Notes: a model not told the origin generated them from the sequence alone. A stretch of 64,000 nucleotides of DNA from Christensenellaceae bacterium (GCA_963667195.1 OY762962.1:162896-226895), one strand, 5' to 3'; positions 9,069 to 19,650 are shown, counted from the first letter of the stretch. Numbers and translations: made by a program.

Positions 9069-11015
9069 TTAGTCGGCGGGTTTTGCTGTAATGGGGCAGC
9101 GCTGGTCGATAAGCCACGCGAACTCTTCGGCCGGCATCGGACGCGCATAGAAGTATCCCTGTATACGGTCAATTCCCAGCTCGCGCACGATATTGTCCTG
9201 CTCCTCGGTCTCCACGCCTTCGGCAAGCGCGATCACATTCATACTTCTAAGCCCGGTTACAAGCGTTTGCAGCATCCCGCGCGACCGCGGATTTGTCGCG
9301 ATATGGCGAATAAACCCCTTGTCGATCTTCACGCACTCAAACGGCAGTGTCATGACGTTGACGAGATTGCTGTAGCCGGTACCGAAATCGTCCAGATAGA
9401 CGCCGATTCCGCGGCGGTTTAGCTCATCCATCGTCGCATGTGCCCGCTCCAGGTCTTCCAGAAGTACCATCTCGGTAATCTCCAGCTTGATCTGCTCCGG
9501 CGCAATCTGGTATTGATCGAGCAGCATCTCCAGATGATGCACGGTCTCGTCAAACTCATCCTGCTGAGAAGAGATGTTGATCGAGAGCCAGCCGATCTCC
9601 AGCATTTGATTCGTATGCAAAAACTGGCAAGCCTTCTCCATGACCATCAAGCCAAGTTTGGTCGCAATTCCGGTCTCGATGGCAATCGGGATAAACTCGC
9701 CCGGCGAAATCGGCATGCCGTTGTCCTCGTTTAAGCGAAGCAGTACCTCGCCGCCCGTGAAACGCTGTTGCCGGATATCATAAACAGGTTGAATGTTGAG
9801 AAAGAACAGATCGTCCCGAAGCGCTTTTTCCATTTGTGTGATGACATAGTTCCTGCGCGTAAATTGGCTTCTGAGCCGATTGGAGAAACGCACCGGCTTC
9901 CCGTTCGGATCTTCTTTTGCGAGGCGCGTGGCGTATTCCAGCGAGGCGATCACCTCGTCCACATTGGCTGCATGCTCCGGGCTGTGGATGTCCGCAAATA
10001 CCGCGCGCAATTCCGCCGTGCATGTATCCGCTTGCCAGAAACGTGTAAAACGCTCGACAACAGACTGAAAAAATGCTTCATACTCTTCCCGCTCGTTTAT
10101 TTTGGTCACCAGCGTAAACTGCACACCGGAGGTACGGTATGCCATCGCGCGAGGCTCCAATTGAGCCAGATAAGAACCGACCGCGTACAGCAACGCATCG
10201 CCGGCTTGCTGCCCATATTGACCATTGACTTGCTTGAAGTTTTTCAGTCCGATGATGATGATGGAGTACGGTATCCTCTTTTGGCAAAGATGGCTGATAT
10301 CGTTGAAGAAGGCTTCCCTGTTGGAAAGCTCTGTCAGCGAATCCACGCGCGCGCGCTGCTGCTGCCCTGCGATGAAGAGCGTTAGGAGGGAAAACGCGTT
10401 GATCGTGCCTGTGAGAATGGTCTTGGGGAAAAGGTACTGCATAAACCCGATCACGGCGGCTACGGAAGGCAGCACGATCAGGATCAGCTTGAATGATTTC
10501 TTGATTCGCTTGCGTTCCAATACACCAAACCACAAGACGTTTGCAATCGCAATCAGCAGAAACACGACGCCGATTGCGTTGAGTGGCCCCGCGTGATAGA
10601 AATGCCGCTTGTCAAAGTAGAAAATCATTCCCGTAAACAGGTTGATGAAAACGATTACGACCTCGGCGAAAAAATAAGAGAGCGAAATTGCGATCGCGGT
10701 TTTGAGCCGCGGTTCGCCATAGCGCCCTTCAAACATCGTAAAATAAGTTGTAATGGAGACCATCGTGGTCATCGCCGCGACCGCGAAATAGTAAAACGTA
10801 TTGAGCGAAACATTCAGCATCAGCGGCAGATGAGCCGCGTTTTCGATTGTATAGATCGAAAAAATGTTGAAAACGCCCGCAACCAGGGAAAACGCGAGAC
10901 TGCCCTGAAAGATCTTTTCCTTGAGCGATCTGGATTTACGGTCGAACGAAAGATAGACGCCGATCAGCGCCAATAAAACGCAGGAGATATATTCCGGAAC
11001 GATATTGTACTTCAA
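9069..11015 (-). CDS. Membrane-bound c-di-GMP phosphodiesterase (about 7 TM, degenerate GGDEF, EAL)
   Basis: N-terminal TM helices; DSLTELSNR and GDALL but SGVQF in place of GGDEF; EAL motifs EVLLR, DDFGTGYS, KID, EGVE, QGY; TTG start. Confidence 0.9.
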   Translation of the reverse strand: MKYNIVPEYISCVLLALIGVYLSFDRKSRSLKEKIFQGSLAFSLVAGVFNIFSIYTIENAAHLPLMLNVSLNTFYYFAVAAMTTMVSITTYFTMFEGRYGEPRLKTAIAISLSYFFAEVVIVFINLFTGMIFYFDKRHFYHAGPLNAIGVVFLLIAIANVLWFGVLERKRIKKSFKLILIVLPSVAAVIGFMQYLFPKTILTGTINAFSLLTLFIAGQQQRARVDSLTELSNREAFFNDISHLCQKRIPYSIIIIGLKNFKQVNGQYGQQAGDALLYAVGSYLAQLEPRAMAYRTSGVQFTLVTKINEREEYEAFFQSVVERFTRFWQADTCTAELRAVFADIHSPEHAANVDEVIASLEYATRLAKEDPNGKPVRFSNRLRSQFTRRNYVITQMEKALRDDLFFLNIQPVYDIRQQRFTGGEVLLRLNEDNGMPISPGEFIPIAIETGIATKLGLMVMEKACQFLHTNQMLEIGWLSINISSQQDEFDETVHHLEMLLDQYQIAPEQIKLEITEMVLLEDLERAHATMDELNRRGIGVYLDDFGTGYSNLVNVMTLPFECVKIDKGFIRHIATNPRSRGMLQTLVTGLRSMNVIALAEGVETEEQDNIVRELGIDRIQGYFYARPMPAEEFAWLIDQRCPITAKPAD

Positions 11016-11223
11016 GCCTGCGCATACTCCAGTTCAAATTCTATCGCTTATTGTATACTACACTATGAGTTAGATATTTTCAACTAGTCATTCTGAATGT
11101 AACATTTTTTCGTTTGGTTCTTCATTTGAAAGCGATTTATGTCGGTAATGCACGTGAATCGATCTGCGAATTACACGAAAAGTTTACTAATATTATGATG
11201 GATGTCACATGTCGGACACGCAA

Positions 11224-11270
11224 ATAAACCGCCCCGTAAGCGAATTCATACGCTGACGGAGCGATTATTC
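11224..11270 (-). terminator. Probable terminator downstream of rfbB
   Basis: Minus strand AATCGCTCCGT...ACGGGGCGGTT followed by TATTT. Confidence 0.5.
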
Positions 11271-11401
11271 ATAAAAACGCAACGTTTTATACACGAGTAA
11301 ACTTGGGCTTGAAGCGCGGATAGCAGCAATAGCGAAATAGATTGATTTTTGTTGTGATGGGCACACCCAATAGTTGCTGCTATGCTACGAGATAGAAGAG
11401 A

Positions 11402-12469
11402 TCAGTCCGCCGATTCAAAGGACGGCGCATACATGCGATCGTAATAGTCTGCATATGCGCCGGAAAGTACGTGTTCCAGCCATTCATGATTGTTTTGGTA
11501 CCAGGCAATCGTCTGCGCAATTCCTTCTTCGAATGGAATGCTTGGCGCCCAACCGAGCGAAGTTGTAATCTTGGTGTTGTCGATTGCGTATCTGCGGTCG
11601 TGCCCCGGTCGATCCTTCACATAGCGAATCAGGTCTTCCTTCGCGCCGAGCGTGCGGATGATCAGCCGTACGATGTCCATGTTTGCGCGCTCATTGTTGC
11701 CGCCGATGTTGTAAACCTCGCCCGGCAAACCGCGCGTGAGAACCGCGTAGAGCGCGCTGCAATGGTCGTCCACATACAGCCAGTCGCGAATCTGCATCCC
11801 GTCGCCGTACACCGGTAGCGGTTTTCCTTCCATGCAGTTGTGAATCATGAGCGGAATGAGCTTCTCCGGGAACTGGTACGGGCCATAATTATTCGAGCAC
11901 CGCGTTATGTTCAGCGGCAGTCCGAACGTCTCATAATACGCGCGGCAGACGAGATCCGCGCTCGCCTTTGCCGCGGAATACGGACTGTTTGGCGCGAGCG
12001 GCGACGTTTCGGTGAACAACCCTTCACGCCCCAGCGCGCCGTAGACTTCATCCGTTGAAACCTGCAGAAACCGGACGCCTTCGCGGAACTCCCGGCTGTA
12101 TTTATCCTCCGGCATGCGCTTCCAGTGCTGCTTTGCAGTGTCCAACAGCGCCTGCGTGCCAAGGACGTTTGTGCTTAAAAAGAGCTCGGGATCGACGATG
12201 CTGCGATCGACATGCGACTCCGCGGCAAAGTTGACCACGTGCGTGATGTCATACGTGAAGAAAACCTCGTTCATCTTCGCCCGGTCGCGAATATCCGCGC
12301 GGAGAAAGCGGTATCCCTCGTCCTGCGGAATATCGCGCAAGCTCTCCAGATTGCCTGCATAGGTCAGCGCGTCCACATTGACGATGCGGTGTTCCGGCGC
12401 GTGCTTCTTCATCCAGCGGACGAAGTTGCTGCCGATGAACCCTGCACCACCGGTGACGAGGATGTTCAT
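11402..12469 (-). CDS. rfbB: dTDP-glucose 4,6-dehydratase
   Basis: [55 protein letters not shown]; ATG overlaps the upstream stop; RBS GGAGG. Confidence 0.96.
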   Translation of the reverse strand: MNILVTGGAGFIGSNFVRWMKKHAPEHRIVNVDALTYAGNLESLRDIPQDEGYRFLRADIRDRAKMNEVFFTYDITHVVNFAAESHVDRSIVDPELFLSTNVLGTQALLDTAKQHWKRMPEDKYSREFREGVRFLQVSTDEVYGALGREGLFTETSPLAPNSPYSAAKASADLVCRAYYETFGLPLNITRCSNNYGPYQFPEKLIPLMIHNCMEGKPLPVYGDGMQIRDWLYVDDHCSALYAVLTRGLPGEVYNIGGNNERANMDIVRLIIRTLGAKEDLIRYVKDRPGHDRRYAIDNTKITTSLGWAPSIPFEEGIAQTIAWYQNNHEWLEHVLSGAYADYYDRMYAPSFESAD

Positions 12470-13341
12470 GCTTTCTCCTCCTGCACAAGCGCAAGCAGAT
12501 ACTTGCCGTAGTCCGTCATGCGCAGTTCCTCTCCGAGGGCTTTGAGCTGCTCCGTCGTGATGAACCCGCGACGCCAGGCAATCTCCTCGATGCAGGAGAT
12601 GTAGAATCCCTGGCGGGACTGCACCGCCTCCACATATTCCGCGGCCTTGAGCATTCCTTCGGGTGAGCCGGTGTCGAGCCAAGCCATCCCGCGGCCAAGC
12701 AGCTCAACATGCAGATCTCCCAGCGTCAGGTATGCGTTGTTGATCGAGGTAATCTCGATTTCGCCGCGTGCGGAAGGACGCACATGCTTTGCGATTTCAA
12801 CCACGCGGTTGTCGTAGAAGTAGAGTCCCGGAACGGCATAGTTGGATTTCGGATGCTCCGGCTTTTCTTCAATTCCGATCACTTTATTGTTTTCGTCAAA
12901 CTCCACAACGCCAAACGCGCGCGGGTCTTTGACAGGATAGCCGAATATGGTTGCACCCCATTCGCGCTCCATGACGGCGTTGAGCGTTGCGGTCAAGTCC
13001 TGTCCGTAGAACACGTTGTCTCCGAGAATCAGGCAGACGGGATCGTCGCCGATGAACTCCGCGCCAAGAATGAACGCGTCCGCAAGGCCTCGCGGGGTCT
13101 CCTGCACCTTGTAGGAAAAGTGCATGCCGAGCTTTTCCCCGGTTCCGAGCAGCCGCTCGAAGACGGGGGTATCCTCTGGTGTGGAGATGATCAGCACGTC
13201 CTTAATCGAGGCCAGCATCAGCACCGAAAGCGGATAATAGATCAAGGGCTTGTCGTAGACGGGAAGCAGTTGCTTGCTGACGGCCTTCGTGCTCGGGTAA
13301 AAGCGGGTGCCTCTGCCTCCCGCGAGAATGATGCCTTTCAT
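12466..13341 (-). CDS. rfbA: Glucose-1-phosphate thymidylyltransferase (RmlA) moiety, possibly also translated from an internal start
   Basis: [45 protein letters not shown]; GGAG upstream of the internal ATG. Confidence 0.9.
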   Translation of the reverse strand: MKGIILAGGRGTRFYPSTKAVSKQLLPVYDKPLIYYPLSVLMLASIKDVLIISTPEDTPVFERLLGTGEKLGMHFSYKVQETPRGLADAFILGAEFIGDDPVCLILGDNVFYGQDLTATLNAVMEREWGATIFGYPVKDPRAFGVVEFDENNKVIGIEEKPEHPKSNYAVPGLYFYDNRVVEIAKHVRPSARGEIEITSINNAYLTLGDLHVELLGRGMAWLDTGSPEGMLKAAEYVEAVQSRQGFYISCIEEIAWRRGFITTEQLKALGEELRMTDYGKYLLALVQEEKA

Positions 13342-14820
13342 ACGCGTTCCACTCCGTTCTGATCGTATTGCGGCGTCCGACGAATACGTCGGTGCCTTTG
13401 GTACGTGACTCAGCGCCGCTTGCTCCACCGGCGGCGCAAAGGGAAACTCGCAAAAGTCGCAGGACTGGTCGAGTTCGTTGAGGTTGCTGACCCCGAAACC
13501 CTCCGTGCTCTCCTCGGCGAGGAACAGCACTTTGAAGGTCATAAAGATCAGCTGGATATCCTTCATGATCGAGCAGTTCTCGATGTAGAGCATGTCCAAC
13601 TTGAGCTTATCCTCAAAGTTGGTGTTGTATTTTCCGTAGATTTGTGCATATCCCGTTAAGCCCGCCTTCACCTTCATGCGATAGCGAAACTCCGGCATAC
13701 GTTCACAATAGAAGTCCACGTTTTCGATTCGCTCCGCGCGCGGGCCGACCAGCGACATCTCGCCGCTTAATATATTGAAAAACTGCGGCAGTTCGTCGAT
13801 CCGCGTTGCCCGCATGAAGCGTCCAAACGGCGTGATGCGGCTGTCCCCCGGTTGCGTGAACTGCGCGCCGTTCTTCTCCGCGTCAACGATCATGCTGCGA
13901 AACTTGAGCAGCGTAAACTTCTGATAATTCCGCGTGTACCGAACCTGCGTAAAGAACACGGGCCCGCCGTCCTGCAGCTTGATGATCAGCGCTGCAAGAA
14001 GCATGAGGGGACTTGTGATCACAATGCCGATGATCGAAAAAACGATATCGATGAGTCGCTTGATCGCGGCCTGCTCCGGCGTGAAGGTATGGTCTCTGCA
14101 CTGATAGACCAACGAATCGCCGACGAAAGTTTCGTTCGCGTTGTGGAAGATGATGTCCTCTACGCTCGGTAGCACAAACAGCCGTTTGCTGTGTTCAAAG
14201 CAGTGTTCTGTCAATTCCAGCCGGAGCTCGCGCGAGATATCGCCCATAAACACGGTGGAATACGGCTCCATGCACCGTTTGATCTCATCGAGGCTATGCG
14301 CCTCGGTCACCAGCATCGCGATTTTGTGGCGCTCCTTCATCGAATCGATCTTTCGAAACACCGCCGTCTCGTGTTTGTCCTTCGAGCAGACCACGATGCT
14401 GAGTCGCGCCGGGTAGAGCAGGTTATAGAGCTGATCCGCGCCCAGATAGAGAAGCGCCGCAATCAGCCATTGCGCCAGCGTCATGATCGAGATCGGTACG
14501 ACGTTGAGCATTTGCTTCGCCGTCAGCGAAAGGATGAAATAGAAGATGAAGTTCGTCAGAAACGACGAGAGTATGTAGGTAAAATAGAGTTCCCGATACC
14601 GGATGGTGCCGATGTTAAAGCAGCGGTAGGTCGAGGCGAATGCAAGGAACACCACGAGATACAGAAACACAAAAACCAGGAAGCCTTTGAACCAGAAATC
14701 GGTCTCCGGGTAGAAATGCGTCACCAAATACAAAAAGGCGCCGGCAGTGATTGCCGTGATCGCCAATTTGCAAAAAAATATAACAACACCTTTGAATTGT
14801 CTTGGTGAAAGTTTTGACAC
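12466..14820 (-). CDS. Priming polyprenyl-phosphate sugar phosphotransferase (WbaP/WcaJ type) fused in frame to glucose-1-phosphate thymidylyltransferase
   Basis: One stop-free frame: N-terminal TMs, KRLIDI, KFRSM, RIDELPQ, SLVGPR, GLTGYAQ, DMLYI, then a linker, then [13 protein letters not shown]; GTG start after GAGG. Confidence 0.85.
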   Translation of the reverse strand: MSKLSPRQFKGVVIFFCKLAITAITAGAFLYLVTHFYPETDFWFKGFLVFVFLYLVVFLAFASTYRCFNIGTIRYRELYFTYILSSFLTNFIFYFILSLTAKQMLNVVPISIMTLAQWLIAALLYLGADQLYNLLYPARLSIVVCSKDKHETAVFRKIDSMKERHKIAMLVTEAHSLDEIKRCMEPYSTVFMGDISRELRLELTEHCFEHSKRLFVLPSVEDIIFHNANETFVGDSLVYQCRDHTFTPEQAAIKRLIDIVFSIIGIVITSPLMLLAALIIKLQDGGPVFFTQVRYTRNYQKFTLLKFRSMIVDAEKNGAQFTQPGDSRITPFGRFMRATRIDELPQFFNILSGEMSLVGPRAERIENVDFYCERMPEFRYRMKVKAGLTGYAQIYGKYNTNFEDKLKLDMLYIENCSIMKDIQLIFMTFKVLFLAEESTEGFGVSNLNELDQSCDFCEFPFAPPVEQAALSHVPKAPTYSSDAAIRSERSGTRMKGIILAGGRGTRFYPSTKAVSKQLLPVYDKPLIYYPLSVLMLASIKDVLIISTPEDTPVFERLLGTGEKLGMHFSYKVQETPRGLADAFILGAEFIGDDPVCLILGDNVFYGQDLTATLNAVMEREWGATIFGYPVKDPRAFGVVEFDENNKVIGIEEKPEHPKSNYAVPGLYFYDNRVVEIAKHVRPSARGEIEITSINNAYLTLGDLHVELLGRGMAWLDTGSPEGMLKAAEYVEAVQSRQGFYISCIEEIAWRRGFITTEQLKALGEELRMTDYGKYLLALVQEEKA

Positions 14821-14931
14821 GCTGCGTTCCTCTTTCCTGTCTGGTTCCATGCGGAAATGCATATCGATTGATGATATCAAACGCCTGCGATACCGTATAA
14901 AAACTTAAGCCGCTCTTTGGCCGCCGTGTCG

Positions 14932-14961
14932 ATTGTAGCATGTGTGCGCAAAGCTTGTCAA
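14932..14961 (-). promoter_or_regulatory. Promoter of the sugar transferase-rfbA-rfbB unit
   Basis: TTGACA-18 bp-TACAAT with TG extension. Confidence 0.6.
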
Positions 14962-15053
14962 ACCTACGCGAGCATCAACAAATGGATGAACCCGCGGTTT
15001 TATGCATCGAAAATCTCATAACATCAACTTGCGATTTTGTGACCCGTCCCGTC

Positions 15054-15668
15054 TTATGGCTGCATTGGCGGCAGATAGGCTGCAACGACGTTTTGAATCA
15101 TATTGTGCTCGGGAGCTGCGTCCGTCAGCGCTGCCTGATCATCGGATGCCGCATAGGTATAGGTGCCCGTCGCGGTGCTGGTCGCGGCCTCTCCGTTGAG
15201 TGTAATCTCGCCGGAAAACAACACGTGATTCTTCCAGCGTAACGTTCCTTCTACATAATAGGTATAGGTACCGTCGGGTACACGCGTGCCGCTTTGGTCC
15301 GTCAGGTCCCAAACATAGCGGAGCGAGCCGGATTTCGGAGTTGCGCCGGATACCGCATCCTGCGCGGTGCCTTGCGCGAGGCCGGACTGCTTGACCCAAA
15401 CCGGAATGGCATCCGGACGCTTCTCATAGCCGCCGTTTACGGTGAACTGCGTCACATAGAGCGTCTTTACCAGCTTGCCGTTCGCGTCCTCCACCCAAAC
15501 CGCGAATTGATTGGATGCATAGCCGCTTTGCTTTTGATAATCAAACGTAACGGCGACGATATCGTCCTCTCTTGCCGGAGTGACCGCGCCCGCAGGCGCA
15601 CCACAGCCCAGCAGCAGGAGCATAGAGGCCAATAACAACATCAAAAGGACGCGAGTTTGTTTCAACAT
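15054..15668 (-). CDS. DUF2271-like lipoprotein with FlgD-type Ig motif
   Basis: Lipobox LLLGC; QFAVWVED, DAVSGATP, WDLTDQSGTRVPDGTY; RBS AAGGAG. Confidence 0.75.
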   Translation of the reverse strand: MLKQTRVLLMLLLASMLLLLGCGAPAGAVTPAREDDIVAVTFDYQKQSGYASNQFAVWVEDANGKLVKTLYVTQFTVNGGYEKRPDAIPVWVKQSGLAQGTAQDAVSGATPKSGSLRYVWDLTDQSGTRVPDGTYTYYVEGTLRWKNHVLFSGEITLNGEAATSTATGTYTYAASDDQAALTDAAPEHNMIQNVVAAYLPPMQP

Positions 15669-15915
15669 GAGAATCTCCTTGCATGTACTCAAAACCAACA
15701 ACTGATTATATCAGCCAACGCATGCGTTCAGGGTGAACTTTCCGCAAAATCTGGAATCGGTTTGCTTATAAACCCACCTCATTTCTTAAAAACAATCGCA
15801 TTTCCTATGTTGCCTCCTATGGCAATATTCCTTCGCTTCAGCGTGCCGTTTATGTTCGAAATACGCGTAAAACCTTACGCGATACGTGTCAAACCACGCT
15901 TCCACTAAATTTGTA

Positions 15916-15944
15916 TTGACAAGCTTAATTTTCTCGGATATAAT
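15916..15944 (+). promoter_or_regulatory. Consensus sigma-A promoter of the LacI-ABC operon
   Basis: TTGACA-17 bp-TATAAT, perfect consensus. Confidence 0.9.
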
Positions 15945-15957
15945 ATGGATACAAGTT

Positions 15958-15996
15958 CTGGAAACGTTTCCAGTATCGTTACCAGAAGCGTTTCCG
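15958..15996. promoter_or_regulatory. LacI-family operator(s)
   Basis: Perfect palindrome CTGGAAACGTTTCCAG (15958-15973) with central CG, plus a weaker copy GAAGCGTTTCC, just downstream of the promoter. Confidence 0.85.
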
Positions 15997-16168
15997 ATCA
16001 TATATGATCCATTCGATCATAAAATTCGCTTTTTATTCCAGATTTTTCAACCGAAATGAGCAGTCGAACTTTGTTGCGCACTCCGGCAAAAAACCGCGTG
16101 AAGCTGTGACACGAGAGCGCTCTTCCATGCCCTCTCCCGCCTGCCGCAAATCCAGATAAAGGATCGCT

Positions 16169-17200
16169 TTGAACACCATGACAAACATCAAAGACATAGC
16201 GCTTCACTGCGGTGTGGCAATCAGCACGGTTTCGCGCGTACTCAACGATCACCCGGACGTCAGCGAAGAAACGCGGGAGAAAGTGCTCCGCGCAGTACAG
16301 GAGCTGCACTACATTCCCAACAACAGCGCAAGAAACCTTGTTCGCACCACATCGGACTCCATCGCTCTATTGGTCAAGGGCGTCAACAACCCCTTCTTTT
16401 CCAAGATCATCAAGGCAATTGAACGCGAGATCACCCTGCGCGGGTACACGCTGGAGCTGCACCACATGGACACCTCGGAAGACGAGCTCCGCATCGGCGC
16501 CCAGCTGGCAAACGATCGCAAGTTGATCGGCATCCTCTTCCTCGGCGGCAGATTCAATTACTCGCCGGAGGAGATCGCACAGATCAATGTTCCAAGCGTG
16601 TTTTGCACCTATACAAACACATTCGGCAATCTCGACGCGGGCTCGTATAGCTCCGTCGCGATCGACGATAAGCAGGCCGCGCGGGATGCGGTGGAAACGC
16701 TCGTCTCCCTCGGGCACCGCAGAATCGCGATTCTCACCGACAACGACAGCGACAACTCCATCAGCGAGCTGCGTTTTCAGGGCTATAAGGATGCGCTTGC
16801 CACGCACGGTATCCCGTATGATCCGAACCTCGTCGCCTGCACCGGAACGTTTTCCGATATGCGCGCCATCTACGACGCGACAAGCAGGCTCATCGCCAGA
16901 GACGATACCTTTACCGCGATCTTCGCGATTGCAGACCTGATGGCGATTGCCGCAATCAAGGCACTCAACGACCACGGCAAACGCGTGCCGGAAAACTGCT
17001 CCGTCGTCGCCATCGACGGCCTCGAGCTCTCCGAATACACGCTGCCTACGCTGACCACGCTGGTGCAGCCGGCCGAGGAGATGGGTCTCGTTTGCGCAAA
17101 GACGATCATCGAGCTCATCGAGCATCCCGGCAAGAACCGGCAGTTCACGTTCCACACGGTGCTGCGTCCCGGCGGATCGGTCAGCAGGCTGGACGCTTAA
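16169..17200 (+). CDS. LacI family transcriptional regulator
   Basis: IKDIALHCGVAISTVSRVLN HTH, YIPNNSARNL hinge, LPTLTTL. Confidence 0.95.
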   Translation: MNTMTNIKDIALHCGVAISTVSRVLNDHPDVSEETREKVLRAVQELHYIPNNSARNLVRTTSDSIALLVKGVNNPFFSKIIKAIEREITLRGYTLELHHMDTSEDELRIGAQLANDRKLIGILFLGGRFNYSPEEIAQINVPSVFCTYTNTFGNLDAGSYSSVAIDDKQAARDAVETLVSLGHRRIAILTDNDSDNSISELRFQGYKDALATHGIPYDPNLVACTGTFSDMRAIYDATSRLIARDDTFTAIFAIADLMAIAAIKALNDHGKRVPENCSVVAIDGLELSEYTLPTLTTLVQPAEEMGLVCAKTIIELIEHPGKNRQFTFHTVLRPGGSVSRLDA

Positions 17201-17288
17201 GGCGCACCAGCTTTATACGCCGGATAAATTACGAATCTACGAGTCGAAAGGCTCTAGAGAATACAAAACGAAAGGGAAGGAACGATTT

Positions 17289-18635
17289 GTGAAAAAGCTA
17301 TTTGCTCTGATTCTGGTCGCCATGATGGCGTTTGGGTGCTTCGCATGCACCACCGCAGCACCCGCTGCAACCGCAGCCCCCGCCGCGACGGAAGCGGCTG
17401 CCGCCACCGCAGCTCCCGCCGCTGACACTGCAGCGCCGGTTGGCAAGGTTTACTACCTCAACTTCAAACCCGAAGCGGACGCCGCCTGGCAGGACCTGGC
17501 TGCCAAGTACACCGCACTCACCGGAGTTCCGGTAACCGTTGTTACCGCGGCTTCCGGCACCTACTCCGAGACGCTGACCGCCGAGATGGATAAGGGCGCA
17601 GCCGCCCCGACGCTGTTCCAGTGCGGCAACAAAGCAGGCCTCGACACTTGGGGTGATTTCTGCTATGACTTCACCAACACGGACGTCTACAAGCAGATGA
17701 CCACCAACGACTTCAACCTCTTTAAAGCGAACGGCGAAGTAGCCGCGATCGGTTATTGCTATGAGTGCTTCGGCATCATCGTCAACACCGCGCTGCTCGA
17801 AAAGGCCGGCCACTCCCTCTCCGAGATCACCGACTTTGCCTCCCTCAAAGCCGTCGTGGAAGACATCCATGCGCGCGCCAAGGATCTGGGCTTTGATGCC
17901 TTCACCTCCTCCGGCCTCGATGGTTCCTCCAGCTGGCGCTTCTCCGGCCATCTGGCCAATATGCCGCTGTTCTATGAGTTCCGTGATGACGGCGTGACCG
18001 CGCAGCCCGCGACCATCACCGGCAAATACATGGATAACTACAAGAACATCTGGGATCTCTACATCAACAACTCCGCAACCGCTCCCTCGCAGCTCGCAAC
18101 CGCGACCGGCGACCAGGCGGAAGCCGAATTTGGCCAGGGTCAGGCCGTGTTCTATCAGAACGGTTCCTGGGAATACAGCAACCTGACCACGAAGTTCAAC
18201 ATGAGCCCGGACAGCCTCGCCATGATCCCGATCTATTGCGGTGTTGACGGCGAATCCAATGCGGGCCTCTGCGCCGGCACCGAGAATATGTGGGCAGTCA
18301 ACTCCAAGGCAGCTCCGGAAGACATCAAAGCGACCCTCGACTTCCTCAACTGGGTTGTCACCTCTGACGAGGGCACCACGATGATGGCCGAGCAGTTCGG
18401 ACCGATCCCGTTCAAGGCCGCGAAGGAATCCACCAACGTGTTCTTCAACGATGCCAACAAGATGTTTGCCGATGGCAAGTATGTTGTGACCTGGGCCTTC
18501 AACTTCACGCCGAACGTTGACACGTGGCGCGCAGGTGTTGTCGCAGCTCTCACGCAGTACTCTGCGGGCGGCAGCTGGGACGATGTTGTGACCGCGTTTG
18601 TGCAGGGCTGGGCCACCCAGTATGCCGCGCAATAA
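17289..18635 (+). CDS. Sugar ABC transporter substrate-binding lipoprotein (maltodextrin-type)
   Basis: Signal peptide with lipobox CFAC, Ala/Pro linker, YLNFKPE, FYQNGSW; operon context. Confidence 0.9.
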   Translation: MKKLFALILVAMMAFGCFACTTAAPAATAAPAATEAAAATAAPAADTAAPVGKVYYLNFKPEADAAWQDLAAKYTALTGVPVTVVTAASGTYSETLTAEMDKGAAAPTLFQCGNKAGLDTWGDFCYDFTNTDVYKQMTTNDFNLFKANGEVAAIGYCYECFGIIVNTALLEKAGHSLSEITDFASLKAVVEDIHARAKDLGFDAFTSSGLDGSSSWRFSGHLANMPLFYEFRDDGVTAQPATITGKYMDNYKNIWDLYINNSATAPSQLATATGDQAEAEFGQGQAVFYQNGSWEYSNLTTKFNMSPDSLAMIPIYCGVDGESNAGLCAGTENMWAVNSKAAPEDIKATLDFLNWVVTSDEGTTMMAEQFGPIPFKAAKESTNVFFNDANKMFADGKYVVTWAFNFTPNVDTWRAGVVAALTQYSAGGSWDDVVTAFVQGWATQYAAQ

Positions 18636-18676
18636 GAGCACGGAACTGCATTTCACACAGCGAATCTGAACTCTGC

Positions 18677-18702
18677 GGGGGCGAGTACAAGTGCTCGCCC
18701 CC
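18677..18702 (+). other. Intra-operon stem-loop after the binding-protein gene (likely mRNA stabiliser or partial terminator)
   Basis: GGGGGCGAGTAC-AA-GTGCTCGCCCCC stem. Confidence 0.6.
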
Positions 18703-18732
18703 CTTCTGCACATAGCACCAAGGGAGGTCGCC

Positions 18733-19650
18733 ATGAAACGCAGAGCAAAATCCAGTAGTGCGGCACTGAGCGGAAAGCTCATCCGCCGCCCGATTCAGCG
18801 GATGTTTCCTATCTTTTTATTGCCGACATTCATCGCATTCTGCATCGGGTTTATCTACCCGTTCGCAAAAGGTATCTACCTCTCCTTCTGTAAATTTACG
18901 ACCACCAGCAACGCAAGCTGGATCGGACTTGGGAACTATCTCAAGGCGTTTCAGGACGCGAGCTTCATGCACGCATTTCAGTACACCGCGATGGTCGCGA
19001 TCGTGTCCCTGATCGTTATCAACCTGCTCGCGTTTGCGGTGGCTTATGCGCTCACGCGCGGCATCAAGGGCTCCAACACGTTCCGCACGGTGTTTTTCAT
19101 GCCGAACCTGATCGGCGGCATCGTGCTGGGCTACATATGGTCGATGATCTTCGACGGCATCCTCTCGCACTATGGCACCTCGATCGTGCTCAGTACGACT
19201 TACGGCTACTGGGGACTAATCATCCTCATGGCGTGGCAGCAGATCGGCTACATGATGATCATCTACATCGCGGGCTTGCAGTCCGTGCCGGGAGACCTCA
19301 TCGAGGCCGCAAAGATCGACGGCGCGAACGGCTGGCACACGCTCTGGCACATCACGATTCCGACCATCATGCCCTCGATTACGATCTGCACGTTCCTGAC
19401 GCTGACCAACTCGTTTAAGCTCTTCGATCAAAACCTCGTGCTCAACGGCGGACAACCGTTTGTCTTTATGGCGGATGGAACGGTGATCAAATCCACCGAA
19501 ATGCTCGCGCTGAACATCTATAACACTTTCTACCTCAACGCAAACTCGCGCGGCGTCGGTCAGGCAAAAGCGGTCATGTTCTTCGTGCTCGTGGCAACGA
19601 TTGCGCTGATTCAGTTCTCGGCAACGCGAAGCAAGGAGGTACAGCAATAA
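18733..19650 (+). CDS. Carbohydrate ABC transporter permease (MalF-like)
   Basis: Multiple TMs, EAAKIDGA loop; RBS GGAGG before ATG 18733. Confidence 0.92.
   Translation: MKRRAKSSSAALSGKLIRRPIQRMFPIFLLPTFIAFCIGFIYPFAKGIYLSFCKFTTTSNASWIGLGNYLKAFQDASFMHAFQYTAMVAIVSLIVINLLAFAVAYALTRGIKGSNTFRTVFFMPNLIGGIVLGYIWSMIFDGILSHYGTSIVLSTTYGYWGLIILMAWQQIGYMMIIYIAGLQSVPGDLIEAAKIDGANGWHTLWHITIPTIMPSITICTFLTLTNSFKLFDQNLVLNGGQPFVFMADGTVIKSTEMLALNIYNTFYLNANSRGVGQAKAVMFFVLVATIALIQFSATRSKEVQQ

Noticed and set aside
7177-9117. 646-aa ORF antisense to proS
   Set aside because: Mirror frame of a GC-rich, codon-biased gene; no motifs or RBS. The same effect gives long antisense ORFs over the ABC binding protein, malQ and rnf.
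11020-11400. Possible c-di-GMP riboswitch upstream of the EAL gene
   Set aside because: No GEMM-type P1/P2 architecture was found; the only clear hairpin fits a terminator.
17298-18782. 494-aa ORF antisense to the sugar-binding protein
   Set aside because: Shadow ORF explained by the strong codon bias of the sense gene.
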